DNA of 64,000 bases from Candidatus Levybacteria bacterium RIFCSPLOWO2_12_FULL_41_12 (GTDB lineage Bacteria > Patescibacteriota > Microgenomatia > Levybacterales > UBA12049): NCBI GenBank assembly GCA_001784155.1, contig MFPL01000007.1:10101-74100 (forward strand), written 5' to 3'. Both the position numbers and the translations under genes were made by a program. Below, one piece after another: positions 27,842-37,900 of this stretch (the stretch's first letter is position 1; each line of letters opens with the position of its first letter). A model generated the notes under the pieces. That model ran no database searches. It was given only the letters and a program-made list of their open reading frames with translations, and was not told where the DNA came from.

Positions 27842-29031
27842 GTTTCCCTTAGCGCTTTGGTGATGAGAGTATTGGTATCATAATCTTTCGAAAGTATTAG
27901 TGCATTGCTTCTATACCTTTTGTATAAAGAATCATCCGAGAGGAGTTTAATTATTTTTTTTGCTAAATCCTCAGAATCGTACTTCGTTATGAATCCAGCC
28001 TTCTTCTGTTGGATTATTCGAGCGATTGCAGGTACGTCAGTTATAACTACGGGGAGTCCGGTGCCGAGATAGAGCTTAGGTTTACCTGGATCAGTGTACC
28101 TCGTGAAGTTATCAGGATCATCTACATATGGGGCAATACCAATTGCAGACTCGCAAAGCTCTTTTTCCAAATCTTCATGCTTCTTTATAAAACCCTTAAA
28201 CTTGACGTGTTTGCTAATCTTCAATCCCCTAGCAAGTTCTTTTAATTTTTTTTCATATTCTCCTTGCCCGATTATTACAAACATTACATTTGGGATTTTT
28301 GCAATAACTCTAGGCATAGCTTCTAAAACCAATTGAACTCCTTGTTTCTCCAAAAGATAACCGGCATAAACCATTTGATTTCTTTTGATTTTACTAACTG
28401 GTAGAATTTTAATTCTTTTAAGATTAGCACCCATGGGTAAGAGTATGCTCTTAGCCATCTTTTTAGAATTAACCCTATTTCCTATTCTGGCTGAGTCCAT
28501 CTTTTTTGATAAAACCCAAATTGCATCAGCCCAGTAACAAGCAATCCGATCCAAAAAGTGATAGATCTCATTAAGAATTTTATTTTCGAATCTTTTTGGG
28601 TTGTAATCGATCGTGTAGAAAACAATCTTTTTTATTAACCCAACTTTTTTAAATGGTAAAACCGAAACAGTATTTAGGTTATCAAGTGCAATACAAAGGT
28701 CAAGCCTGGTTTTGGAAAGCGCTAAGAAATATAAAGTAAACAGTGGATCCATAATATAAAAAAGGAGTTCGGGACCTTTCACATTGGGCGTGAAATACTG
28801 CTTTATATTCTTCCCATTCTCATATATGGTTAGAGAGGATCTGCGATCCGTGGCATAGGGGAAAGGATGCTCTACGTAATAGATATTTTTAACTTTTGGC
28901 AAAAAGAAGTCTCTAATTTCCTGTGGTGGTCCTCCGCCTGACTGCGTCCTTTTGTAGAAATGGGAGAGTATGAGTACGCTTGAGTCTTTTGATAATTCCA
29001 CTGCTAGATAATAGCTAAGATCTGCTTTCAT
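27838..29031 (-). CDS. GT4 (GT-B) glycosyltransferase. Inverted paralog of 1817..2965
   Basis: YTIDYNPKRFENKILNEIYHFLDRI and APYVDDPDNFTRYTDPGKPKLYLGTGLPVVITDVP mirror the motifs of the 1817..2965 protein. Confidence 0.75.
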   Translation of the reverse strand: MKADLSYYLAVELSKDSSVLILSHFYKRTQSGGGPPQEIRDFFLPKVKNIYYVEHPFPYATDRRSSLTIYENGKNIKQYFTPNVKGPELLFYIMDPLFTLYFLALSKTRLDLCIALDNLNTVSVLPFKKVGLIKKIVFYTIDYNPKRFENKILNEIYHFLDRIACYWADAIWVLSKKMDSARIGNRVNSKKMAKSILLPMGANLKRIKILPVSKIKRNQMVYAGYLLEKQGVQLVLEAMPRVIAKIPNVMFVIIGQGEYEKKLKELARGLKISKHVKFKGFIKKHEDLEKELCESAIGIAPYVDDPDNFTRYTDPGKPKLYLGTGLPVVITDVPAIARIIQQKKAGFITKYDSEDLAKKIIKLLSDDSLYKRYRSNALILSKDYDTNTLITKALRET

Positions 29032-29073
29032 GGCAAGCTTATGCGTGCTATAATTTTATTTTGATAGCAACTG

Positions 29074-30012
29074 ATGTTTAAAAAAGAATACGTTTCCTTT
29101 CTTTGCTGCCCCGACTGTAGAGCAAGTCTCTCTATCAAAGATAAGCAATTTACCTGCAGTATTTGTAAAAACGAATACCCCTTAATAGGAAGTATTCCGG
29201 TTTTGGTGTCAAGCTCTATGGCAAAAGACGTAAAGCTATCCCGGGAAAAATGGGACGCTGAATATAAAAAAACAGTAGATAAAGATAAGGCAAGAAGTCT
29301 TAAAAAAAACTTCAAAAACATATATCTTTCGTCAACCATGAGTTATATAGAAAAATTATTTGACTCTTATAAAAACAAGAAATACCTGGAGATAGGATGT
29401 GGCCCGTTCTTTATAGGTCAAGAAATTGCCACAAAAGGAGCTTTTGTAGTGGGAATAGACTATTCAATGAACGCATTGAAGCTCGCAAAATTTTATCTTG
29501 ATGAAGAGGGAATAGATAATTATTTGCTTGTGTGTGGAGATATTGCTAAGATGCCTTTTAAGGACAATGTCTTCGATATCCTTTATGGTGGAGGAGTAAT
29601 CGAACATTTTAAAGATACGGTGGGAGTAGTAAAAGAAAATCACAGAGTATTAAAGAAGGGTGGCGTTGCTTTTAATTCCGTTCCTAAGCTTAATCTGGGT
29701 TCACTAACTTATAGACAAATGTGGGGGAATATTCCCAGCGCACCCGTGCTTAAACAAATTGCCGAATTTGTTCACATCAAGATTCTTAAGGGAAAAAGGA
29801 TGATATATGGATATGAATACTCCTTCACCGATTCGCAACTTAGAAAGATTTTCGCTAAGGCAGGGTTTCGGAGGGAAAACATAGATGTGGGTCGCTACGA
29901 GGTTCCACTTCTTTTAGAATATATAAAGAACAAATCTGCGAGAAAGATTGCAATGGCGGTAGCACAAAGTAATTTATTTTGGCCTGCCACTTATATTCTG
30001 TCTCGAAAATAA
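29074..30012 (+). CDS. SAM-dependent methyltransferase with N-terminal Trm112-like zinc-ribbon
   Basis: CCPDC...C.IC four-Cys ribbon at the N-terminus, then YLEIGCGPFFIG motif I. Possible extended -10 (TGcTATAAT, about 29045..29053) upstream. Confidence 0.65.
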   Translation: MFKKEYVSFLCCPDCRASLSIKDKQFTCSICKNEYPLIGSIPVLVSSSMAKDVKLSREKWDAEYKKTVDKDKARSLKKNFKNIYLSSTMSYIEKLFDSYKNKKYLEIGCGPFFIGQEIATKGAFVVGIDYSMNALKLAKFYLDEEGIDNYLLVCGDIAKMPFKDNVFDILYGGGVIEHFKDTVGVVKENHRVLKKGGVAFNSVPKLNLGSLTYRQMWGNIPSAPVLKQIAEFVHIKILKGKRMIYGYEYSFTDSQLRKIFAKAGFRRENIDVGRYEVPLLLEYIKNKSARKIAMAVAQSNLFWPATYILSRK

Positions 30013-30034
30013 CGGAGACTCGTGGTTTACTTTT

Positions 30035-31606
30035 ATGGAAAAACAGCAAAATAAAAAGGTGGTAGTTATTTGTCTTGATGGTGCCAACTGGGATATTCTT
30101 AAACCTTGGGCAGAAAAAGGTTGGCTTCCTAATATTAATAGATTTTTAGAAAAAGGGACTTCAACTAACTTAATTACCACGCTTCCTCCCGTAACAGGGC
30201 CAGCATGGGTATCATTTGCGACAGGAAAAAATCCGGGCGCACATGGGTGTTACAACTTTGCAATTCCTACAGATAGCCTGCTAAACGTCGATCCTATAAG
30301 TACAGAAAAAATAAAAGGGAAAACGTTTTACGAAATACTGGAAAACGATGGAAAGAAGAGCATTCTTATAAACATGCCTTGTTCCTTCCCTCCAAGAATA
30401 AAAAAAGGAATTGTCCTTCCAAGTTTTCTTGCAGCTGACTCTTCGGATGTGTATCCCAGAAATATCGTTAACAAAGTACCAGAGATTAAAAATTATAGAG
30501 TGGTTACGGATTTTCTCAAACAAAGAATTGGGAAAGGGGAAGCTATGGCCAAAGATGCAAGGGAGCTTGAAGGAGACAAATTCCTAATTGCAAAAAAATT
30601 ATTTCTGAATTTTGAATGGGATTTTTTCTTTGTAATGTTTATGGCAACGGATTGGATCCAGCATAAGCGTTATAAATATTTGCTTTCCGGGAAGGATAAG
30701 AAGTCATCGGTATTTGTGCAGGCATATATTGATTTAGATAACTATATTGGATGGTTTTTAGACAATATTTCAAAAGACACAACTCTTATTCTAATTTCCG
30801 ACCATGGCTTTAAGTCTGTTTCCACATACTTTCATATAAATGTATGGTTGAGAGAAAATAGTTACCTTAAACAAAAACTTCCAAGGTTGCGTTTAAACTC
30901 ATCAATACCACTCACCCCGGACAGGATCATAAAGGGCGGGGGAAGAGTAAAGGGACTCTTTCCCAATATGGTACGCACTGGTTCTACGATTCTTATTAAT
31001 CATAATTCTTTATATCTCTTATCAGGGCATTTTGCACGGTTGATAACAAAATATATCCCGGTTGCCAAAAAAATTATACCATCTGAGTTTCTTAACGTAG
31101 GATATGAGATTGATCCACAAAATTCGGTAGCATACAGCATTTCGGGGGGAAACGTAACCGGAATTTATATAAATGACAAGGTAAGGTTTAAGGACGGACT
31201 GGTTTCAGAAGAAGAATACAATAATATTAGAAATGAAATAATTAAAAGTATGAAAAGCGCTCGTGATACAAATGGCAAAAAGATATTTAAGAATGTTTAT
31301 AAAAAAGAGAATATCTACTCCGGAGACCATCTTTTAATGGCGCCAGATATTCTTTATGAGGAAAGCGAGCACATTATCATAACAACCGTTTTATCAAGTA
31401 TAAAGTCAATCGAGAAAACTCCTGATGGCGGCTGGCACGATAGGAAAGGCATATTTGCTGCATATGGAGATAAAATTATTAGAGGTAAAACAATAAAGGA
31501 TATTTCAGTTTTAGATTTCGCGCCGACTATTCTGCATCTGTTTGGGAAAAACATTCCTCTCGATATGGAGGGAAGAATTCTCTTTGAGATATTTAAAAAT
31601 AAATGA
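30035..31606 (+). CDS. Alkaline-phosphatase-superfamily enzyme (type I phosphodiesterase/nucleotide pyrophosphatase-like), soluble
   Basis: VVVICLDGANWD.....G.LPN. TTLPPVTGPAWVSFATGKNPGAHG metal-site block. ISDHGF. No TM. Confidence 0.6.
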   Translation: MEKQQNKKVVVICLDGANWDILKPWAEKGWLPNINRFLEKGTSTNLITTLPPVTGPAWVSFATGKNPGAHGCYNFAIPTDSLLNVDPISTEKIKGKTFYEILENDGKKSILINMPCSFPPRIKKGIVLPSFLAADSSDVYPRNIVNKVPEIKNYRVVTDFLKQRIGKGEAMAKDARELEGDKFLIAKKLFLNFEWDFFFVMFMATDWIQHKRYKYLLSGKDKKSSVFVQAYIDLDNYIGWFLDNISKDTTLILISDHGFKSVSTYFHINVWLRENSYLKQKLPRLRLNSSIPLTPDRIIKGGGRVKGLFPNMVRTGSTILINHNSLYLLSGHFARLITKYIPVAKKIIPSEFLNVGYEIDPQNSVAYSISGGNVTGIYINDKVRFKDGLVSEEEYNNIRNEIIKSMKSARDTNGKKIFKNVYKKENIYSGDHLLMAPDILYEESEHIIITTVLSSIKSIEKTPDGGWHDRKGIFAAYGDKIIRGKTIKDISVLDFAPTILHLFGKNIPLDMEGRILFEIFKNK

Positions 31607-32481
31607 GAGACAACAGAAGGATTTTTTTATTTGACGTAAATCATACTCTTATAAATACAGCCTTATATCATACGCAAGCACTTGAAGTTCTCGAGAAAGG
31701 TTTAAAAAAACATACCGATGCTAAATCTGCTAGTTATATCACTGAAAGGTATGATGAGATATTCCTTCTAATGGTTGCTGGTTTCCTGCTCAAAACCGAT
31801 AAAGAATGGAAGGAAATTAGAGGTGGTAGGACTTCGTATCTTGAGCTTATGAAATTAATTACCAAGCATCAGGAAGAAGTGAAAAATAAGTGGGGATTTA
31901 TTAAAAAGTGGAGTAGGGAGGTTTTTCTTAAGATCGCGGCAGAAGAAATTGATGTAGACATTACCCCCCAAGCATTGTTTGAGCTAGGAACAGTTTACTG
32001 GGATACCATAACCCGATTAACAGAGCCCCTTGAGGAAGGCAAAAAACTTCTATCGCATCTGTATTCAAAAGGTTACCCTGTATATTTGTTAACAAGTAGC
32101 GATGGCAGGCTTACGTCAAACAACGGTTTTTTCGAGTATGATCCTAAGCTGTCCGGAAGTTATAAGAAAAATAGAATGAAGGCGCTTTCACTTAAGGGGC
32201 TAAAATTCCGGGATGTTATAGTAGGTGATCCCGAAGATAAGCCATTGCCTGGATACTATGAGCGTGCTATAAAAACCATAGAGAAGGATATGAAAAAAAA
32301 GATACATATTTCCTCATTTGTTATGATCGGTAACTCTTTTGAGGATGATCTCGAAACCCTTATGGAGATGAATGTTGGCACAGGTGTACTTTTCAAGAAG
32401 GGGTCAAGTCCTATGAAAAAAAAGAACGATATTTACAGAGTTGGGAACTTAATGGAAGTTGTAGACTTATTGAGTCTATAG
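31603..32481 (+). CDS. HAD-superfamily-like hydrolase (variant motif I DVN)
   Basis: FLFDVNHTL (motif I with Asn at the second Asp position). LLTSSDG (motif II). IGNSFEDD (motif IV-like). Confidence 0.4.
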   Translation: MRDNRRIFLFDVNHTLINTALYHTQALEVLEKGLKKHTDAKSASYITERYDEIFLLMVAGFLLKTDKEWKEIRGGRTSYLELMKLITKHQEEVKNKWGFIKKWSREVFLKIAAEEIDVDITPQALFELGTVYWDTITRLTEPLEEGKKLLSHLYSKGYPVYLLTSSDGRLTSNNGFFEYDPKLSGSYKKNRMKALSLKGLKFRDVIVGDPEDKPLPGYYERAIKTIEKDMKKKIHISSFVMIGNSFEDDLETLMEMNVGTGVLFKKGSSPMKKKNDIYRVGNLMEVVDLLSL

Positions 32482-32530
32482 CTTTGATGTTGAAATTTTT
32501 TCATAAAGTATATATAGTTTCGAGTATAAA

Positions 32531-33220
32531 TTGAAAATAATAAAACACACCGATCTTGCAGAAAAAATAAATGAAAGCGAGAATGTGCTTAGAAAAGCAT
32601 ATGAGAAGTACGGAGATAGGATAGCAATTTTCTGGACGGGTGGAAAAGACTCTACTGTATTACTACATATGATAAGGAATATCTTTGGAAATAAAAATAA
32701 GCTAAAAGTTCTCTTTTTGGACACACAACTTGATTTTGATGAAGTTTACGAGTTTATAGAAAGGATCAAAAAAGAGTGGAGAATAAATTTAATTACGGAA
32801 AAAACTACAGATAAGATGATGAAAAAATATAACTCTTTGAAAACGAAAAAGGAGAGGGTAGAGCTGGCAAGTATTTTTAAAATAATTCTTCTTAAGGAAG
32901 CCGTAAAAAAGCAGAAACTACCAGCTCTAGCAATAGGGATAAGGTGGGATGAGCATCCCGAACGCGCTTCGGAGAAATACTTCTCTCCCAGAGAAGGCCA
33001 TGTGAGGGTTCATCCGCTCCTTCATTTTACAGAAGAAGATATCTGGAAATACATAAAAAAGTTCCGTCTTCCTTATATTTCTTTATATGATAAAGGATAC
33101 AGGTCTTTGGGAGAGAGAGAATTCACGAAGCCCTCAACTAGAAGTGGAGGAGAAAGGTCTGGAAGGCAAAAAGAAAGAGAAGTAATAATGAAGAGATTAA
33201 GAGACCTTGGTTATTTCTAA
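32531..33220 (+). CDS. PAPS-reductase-family PP-loop protein (adenine-nucleotide alpha-hydrolase fold)
   Basis: IAIFWTGGKDSTVLLHMI PP-loop. C-terminal ERSGRQKEREVIMKRLRDLGYF. Apparent TTG start. Confidence 0.55.
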   Translation: MKIIKHTDLAEKINESENVLRKAYEKYGDRIAIFWTGGKDSTVLLHMIRNIFGNKNKLKVLFLDTQLDFDEVYEFIERIKKEWRINLITEKTTDKMMKKYNSLKTKKERVELASIFKIILLKEAVKKQKLPALAIGIRWDEHPERASEKYFSPREGHVRVHPLLHFTEEDIWKYIKKFRLPYISLYDKGYRSLGEREFTKPSTRSGGERSGRQKEREVIMKRLRDLGYF

Positions 33221-34900
33221 GTGAGATATTTTATTTTCAGAAATTGGATTTATCTTCTGGTAATTTTTTTTACTACTTTATCCGTTTTTATCGATCTTCC
33301 CAAAACATTTTATCAGCAGGATGAATGGCAAACATTAGGCCATAATCTTGCTGGACCGTCAGGCTCAGCTCTTGGAGACATTAACCTGGTTCGGATCTTT
33401 TTTGGCGAAGGACGTCCCTTAAGTACGGTAATGTATTCCCTATTCTTAGGATATTTCAAATTTACCGTTTTTCCCTCGGCAATATTTGCGATTACCTTTC
33501 AAGCCCTAAACTCAATGCTTGTCTTTGTCCTGGTGAGCAAAATAACTAAGAATAAGCTCATTGCACTTCTTTCCGCATCATTTCTTATAGTAAATAGCGT
33601 CTCACATCAAGCAGTGACATGGGTTTCGGCGAATAGCACTTTACCCGCCGCGACGCTAATTCTAATTTCTCTTATAACTTATTTTAATTACTTAGATAAA
33701 AAAGAGAGGAAGTATTTCTATGTTAGCATTATCTCAGCCATTCTTTCGCTTTACTTCAAGGGTATTGGGCTATTCCTTTTTGTTCTCCTCCCACTATTAC
33801 CCTTCATTTATCAAAATAAATCCTTCACTAAGAAAAACTTATTGTTTATTTTGAAGGACAATCTGATGTTCCTCGTGTTTGGTTTTTTAATGTTTGCTGT
33901 TAGATTTATTTCAACCTTTTTTCGCACAGAAGAGGTTGCAGGTTATGCAAGCGGGGGGGGAAGTGGTTCTTTCATTTACGCAGTTTTCTTGCGAACAATT
34001 CTATATCCGCTAACTTCACTTTTTCAAATTTTTGTTCCGCCTCTGGATTTATATTCGATAACCCCTGCCATAACAAAGATGCAATATAAGTTCTTAGTAG
34101 GTTCTCCATTGGTTGATTTGGTAGCGCAAAGTATAGTAGCAGACATGATAGCTATCATGGGTTCAATATTGATTCTATTCTTTTCAATCTTAATGGTGCA
34201 TAGGTCTAAGGATAAAATTATTAGTAGGAATGTCCGGTTTGCAATTGTTTTTTTCTTCTTAAGCTTTCTGCCTTATGTTGCGCTCGATCGAGATAGTTCA
34301 TATCTTTCATCGCGGTATTTCTATGTAGGACTGATTCCTGCAGGTATTCTTTTTGGATATGCAGTTTATTTCTTTACCACATTTAATAAATATATTAAGT
34401 GGGTCACACTATTTTTGGTAACTGTTTATTTATTTCATCATGCGGCTATCGTAAGATCGGACATTAATCATCAAGTCAAGCTGGGAAATGAGCGCGTATC
34501 CGTCTTGAATGGGATCAAAACTCTTTATCCTAATCCTTCAGAGAATACAATCTTTTACGTGACAAGCGATAAAGCTTACTATGGTGAAGTGACAAATCCT
34601 TTTCAAAACGGGTTGGGATATGTTCTAGAAGCTTGGTATTACGATACAGGGAAAATTCCGAAAGAGTTCTTATCTGAAAATTTCCTGTGGGATTTGGGTG
34701 ATGAGGGGTATAAGAGAAGTAGGAATAAGGGATTTGGGTATTATCAGGATATTGATAAAATGATAAAGGATATGGAGAAGAATAATATAAAATCCGAAGA
34801 TGTTTGGGCGTACTTTATTAAAAGTAAAGAGTCAGAAATAGTTGATATAACTTTGGAAACAAGAGAAAGAATCTCTACGGTAAGCGCTATTCCTAAATGA
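33221..34900 (+). CDS. GT-C (PMT/GT39-like) polytopic membrane glycosyltransferase
   Basis: At least 10 hydrophobic helices. First-loop acidic motif QQDEWQTLGH (DE-type). GTG start. Contains a G8 homopolymer at 33953..33960. Confidence 0.55.
   Translation: MRYFIFRNWIYLLVIFFTTLSVFIDLPKTFYQQDEWQTLGHNLAGPSGSALGDINLVRIFFGEGRPLSTVMYSLFLGYFKFTVFPSAIFAITFQALNSMLVFVLVSKITKNKLIALLSASFLIVNSVSHQAVTWVSANSTLPAATLILISLITYFNYLDKKERKYFYVSIISAILSLYFKGIGLFLFVLLPLLPFIYQNKSFTKKNLLFILKDNLMFLVFGFLMFAVRFISTFFRTEEVAGYASGGGSGSFIYAVFLRTILYPLTSLFQIFVPPLDLYSITPAITKMQYKFLVGSPLVDLVAQSIVADMIAIMGSILILFFSILMVHRSKDKIISRNVRFAIVFFFLSFLPYVALDRDSSYLSSRYFYVGLIPAGILFGYAVYFFTTFNKYIKWVTLFLVTVYLFHHAAIVRSDINHQVKLGNERVSVLNGIKTLYPNPSENTIFYVTSDKAYYGEVTNPFQNGLGYVLEAWYYDTGKIPKEFLSENFLWDLGDEGYKRSRNKGFGYYQDIDKMIKDMEKNNIKSEDVWAYFIKSKESEIVDITLETRERISTVSAIPK
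33953..33960 (+). repeat. G8 homopolymeric tract inside the GT-C coding sequence (candidate slipped-strand phase-variation site)
   Basis: gcaagcGGGGGGGGaagtgg encodes ASGGGSGS. It is the longest G/C run in this ~33 % GC window. Confidence 0.5.
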
Positions 34901-37900
34901 ATTTTTTAAGAAAACACTGGGAAATATTGATCATCCTTTTTCTGGGTTTGACACCTCTTCTTTGGTATAAGGATCCAAATTCTCTTGCCTTAGGTCACGA
35001 TATGGGATTTCCAATCGATCCAATATCTTTCTTCAAAGACAGGACATTTTTGTGGACTGACCGCGTAGGACTTGGATGGGATCAGACTTTAGGTTCTGCA
35101 GCGATTCTAATACATGGATTTGAGGCAGCCGTAGCGAGCCTTGGTGTACCCATTTTCCTCGTTCAAAAGGTAGTGTTTATTTTCTGGTTCGTTCTGCCCG
35201 GTCTTGCGATGTATTATTTTGTTTCCACCATTCATAGGGAAAAAGATCAATGGTTTATAAGGTTAGCCGGAAGCCTATTTTACATGTTTAATCATTTTTT
35301 ACTTCAAGCCTGGTTCATAGCAGAAAGAACAAAAATATCTCTATTCATTGCTCTTCCAATTCTTCTAGCTTTAACCATTAGCATGATAGAGGGGAGAATC
35401 TCAAAAATTAAAGGTCTGGCGTTAATGTCTTTAGTTTTTTTCTTCTTCAACGGAGGGGGAGGATTACCCCTATATGGGGGACTACTTTTAACTCTCTTTA
35501 CTGCCTTTGCATTTTTTGGCCTTATACATTTAAGAAGAAACCCCAAAACAGGAGTAAAAAGACTAACAGGAATTGCTTTGGGAATTTTAGCAAGCTTTAT
35601 TCTTGCAAATTTCTATTGGGTTTTGCCATTGTTAGTAAGCGTTTTGTCATCTTATGGTCAAAGCTTGTCATCAATAGGTGGGATATCAGGAGTTATCGCT
35701 TGGTCATTTGAAATTAGCAAGTTCGCAAGCATATTGAATGTAATGAGGCTTCAGGGAATCCCTGATTGGTATGATAATCCCAGCCATCCATTTTCTGGCC
35801 TTTTCTTAAATAACCCATTTCTGATTTTGGTAAGCTTTCTTATACCGGTTGTTGTTTTCTCTTCGTTATTCCTGATTAAGAAAATCCCAGAGTACCGAAG
35901 ACATATAATCTTTTTTAACATACTGGCAGTTTTAGGAATAATCTTTACTGCAGGATCACATCCTCCTTTTGGAGCAATCTATAATTTATTCTTAACCTTT
36001 ATTCCCGGATTCGCTATATTTAGAACCCCTTTTTATAAATTTGCTCCGGCTGTTTGGTTTGCATACGCGTATCTTTTTGCTTTTTCTTTTTATTATTTAA
36101 CTCAAAACTTCAAAAGAATAAGGTCAGCTTTACGATTCTTGGTATTGCCGTTAATCCTTATTTACAGTTTTCCCTTTTTTACCGGAAGTTTTTTTAACTG
36201 GAAAGAACCGTTTTCCACAATGACAAATTTACCATCGTATGTGTTAGATTTTTCCGAATATGCTAATTCAAATTTCTCTTTTAACGATAGAGTTTTAACC
36301 TTTCCTAACCAGAATCTGGGATGGAATAGCGCAATTTATAAATGGGGATATTGGAGTACTGCACCAATCGAGAGCCTCTTGACGAACAAATCGATAGTCT
36401 CAAACGATAGGGTTATGACAGATCCAGAAAAAAAACTCACAGAATTGATATATGACTCGATTTTGAACCGAACAGACGAGTGGAAAAAATCAGTAAACAT
36501 TTTGGGCATAAACTATTTTCTCTTACATAACGATTTTTATTATGATGCACCAAAATTCGAAACAGAAGACCCTAGGGTGTATAGAGAAAGATTTTTAGAA
36601 CTGGGCTTTGAAAAAAAAGAAGTTTTTGGAGAGTGGGAGCTTTATAAAATTCCGGGCCTTAGTCTCAAAAGTAAATTATATATTGATAACGATGCAATTG
36701 GCATATATAACAATGAAAATGTTTTAGAAAATCAATATTTTGGCATAGAAAATGTTCTTGATTTGCCCTTAGACGATGACCCGTTTGTTATAAATTCTCC
36801 AGATACATCAGATAATTTAAAAACTACAATTTTTTTAGAAAATTGTTTGTTCTGCGATAAGGAACAAAAAGAAACACCCATTTTTCTACCAAGAACAAGA
36901 ATTCTTCCAGGCTCTATTCTTTACCCTTTAGTTAAACGTAAAGAAAATAGTCAAAGAAATAAATTAACGAAAAATATTAACTCTAAATTAGATTTTCACC
37001 TTGGGACAACTCTCAAGAGACTGGCTGAAATTAAACATTTGATTGATCTGGGTGCGGATGAGAATAAAACAAACGGTGCTGTTAATGAGCTAAAAAAGGA
37101 ATTGATACTCCTGCAAGATTCAGTTAACAAAATGGATAAGAGCAGAGGAGACATGAGGCTTCTAGTACTAAGAATAGATAATTTCTTAAGAGAGGAGAAT
37201 AGAATCCTAGCTGATATTTCCAACGACGCAAATGCCTCTACGGGAGATAAATTAATAGACGTTAGATCGTTTATATCCCTAGCAACCCAAGAAAACAGGA
37301 AATATGAATCTTTATATCCGGAAAATACTGAAAAACGTTATCACTTCACAATAGATAAAAAAGGAGGTTATGAAATTCTTGTCAGAAAAGATGAATTTAA
37401 GCCGGATTTAGTAGTTGAAAAGGCAGTAGTTGATAATAAAGGACTTCCGTTAAAAACTTTTAATAAAAACAGCCACTATTATTCATTCGGAGTGAACGTT
37501 TTTAGTAAGGGCTTTCATGAAATAAGTCTATTCTTAAAAAATCCGGATAACTTACTTAGTAAAGGAAATGATGATGATTTAAACTTCGATGTTAATCCTC
37601 TACAGCCGGATTGCAGAGTGTTTAGAATAGAACCCCTTTCCAGTAGAATTTACATTCTTAACTTTGATTACTTAACGGAAAGATCCGTAGGAGCTGATAA
37701 TGGACCATTTGTTAAAATAGAACAAGTACTTCAAGACGATGTAAGGGATGAGGATTTTCAACTTAAGGCAAATAGCATCTTTCAAACATTTGATTATAAA
37801 ATAGCAACTGAGAAAAACGTTCAGTTGGTTAAGGTTTCTATATGTGCTTCTTCAGGTTATGAAAATTCTTCAAATATTCATATTGAAAATTTATCCCTCA

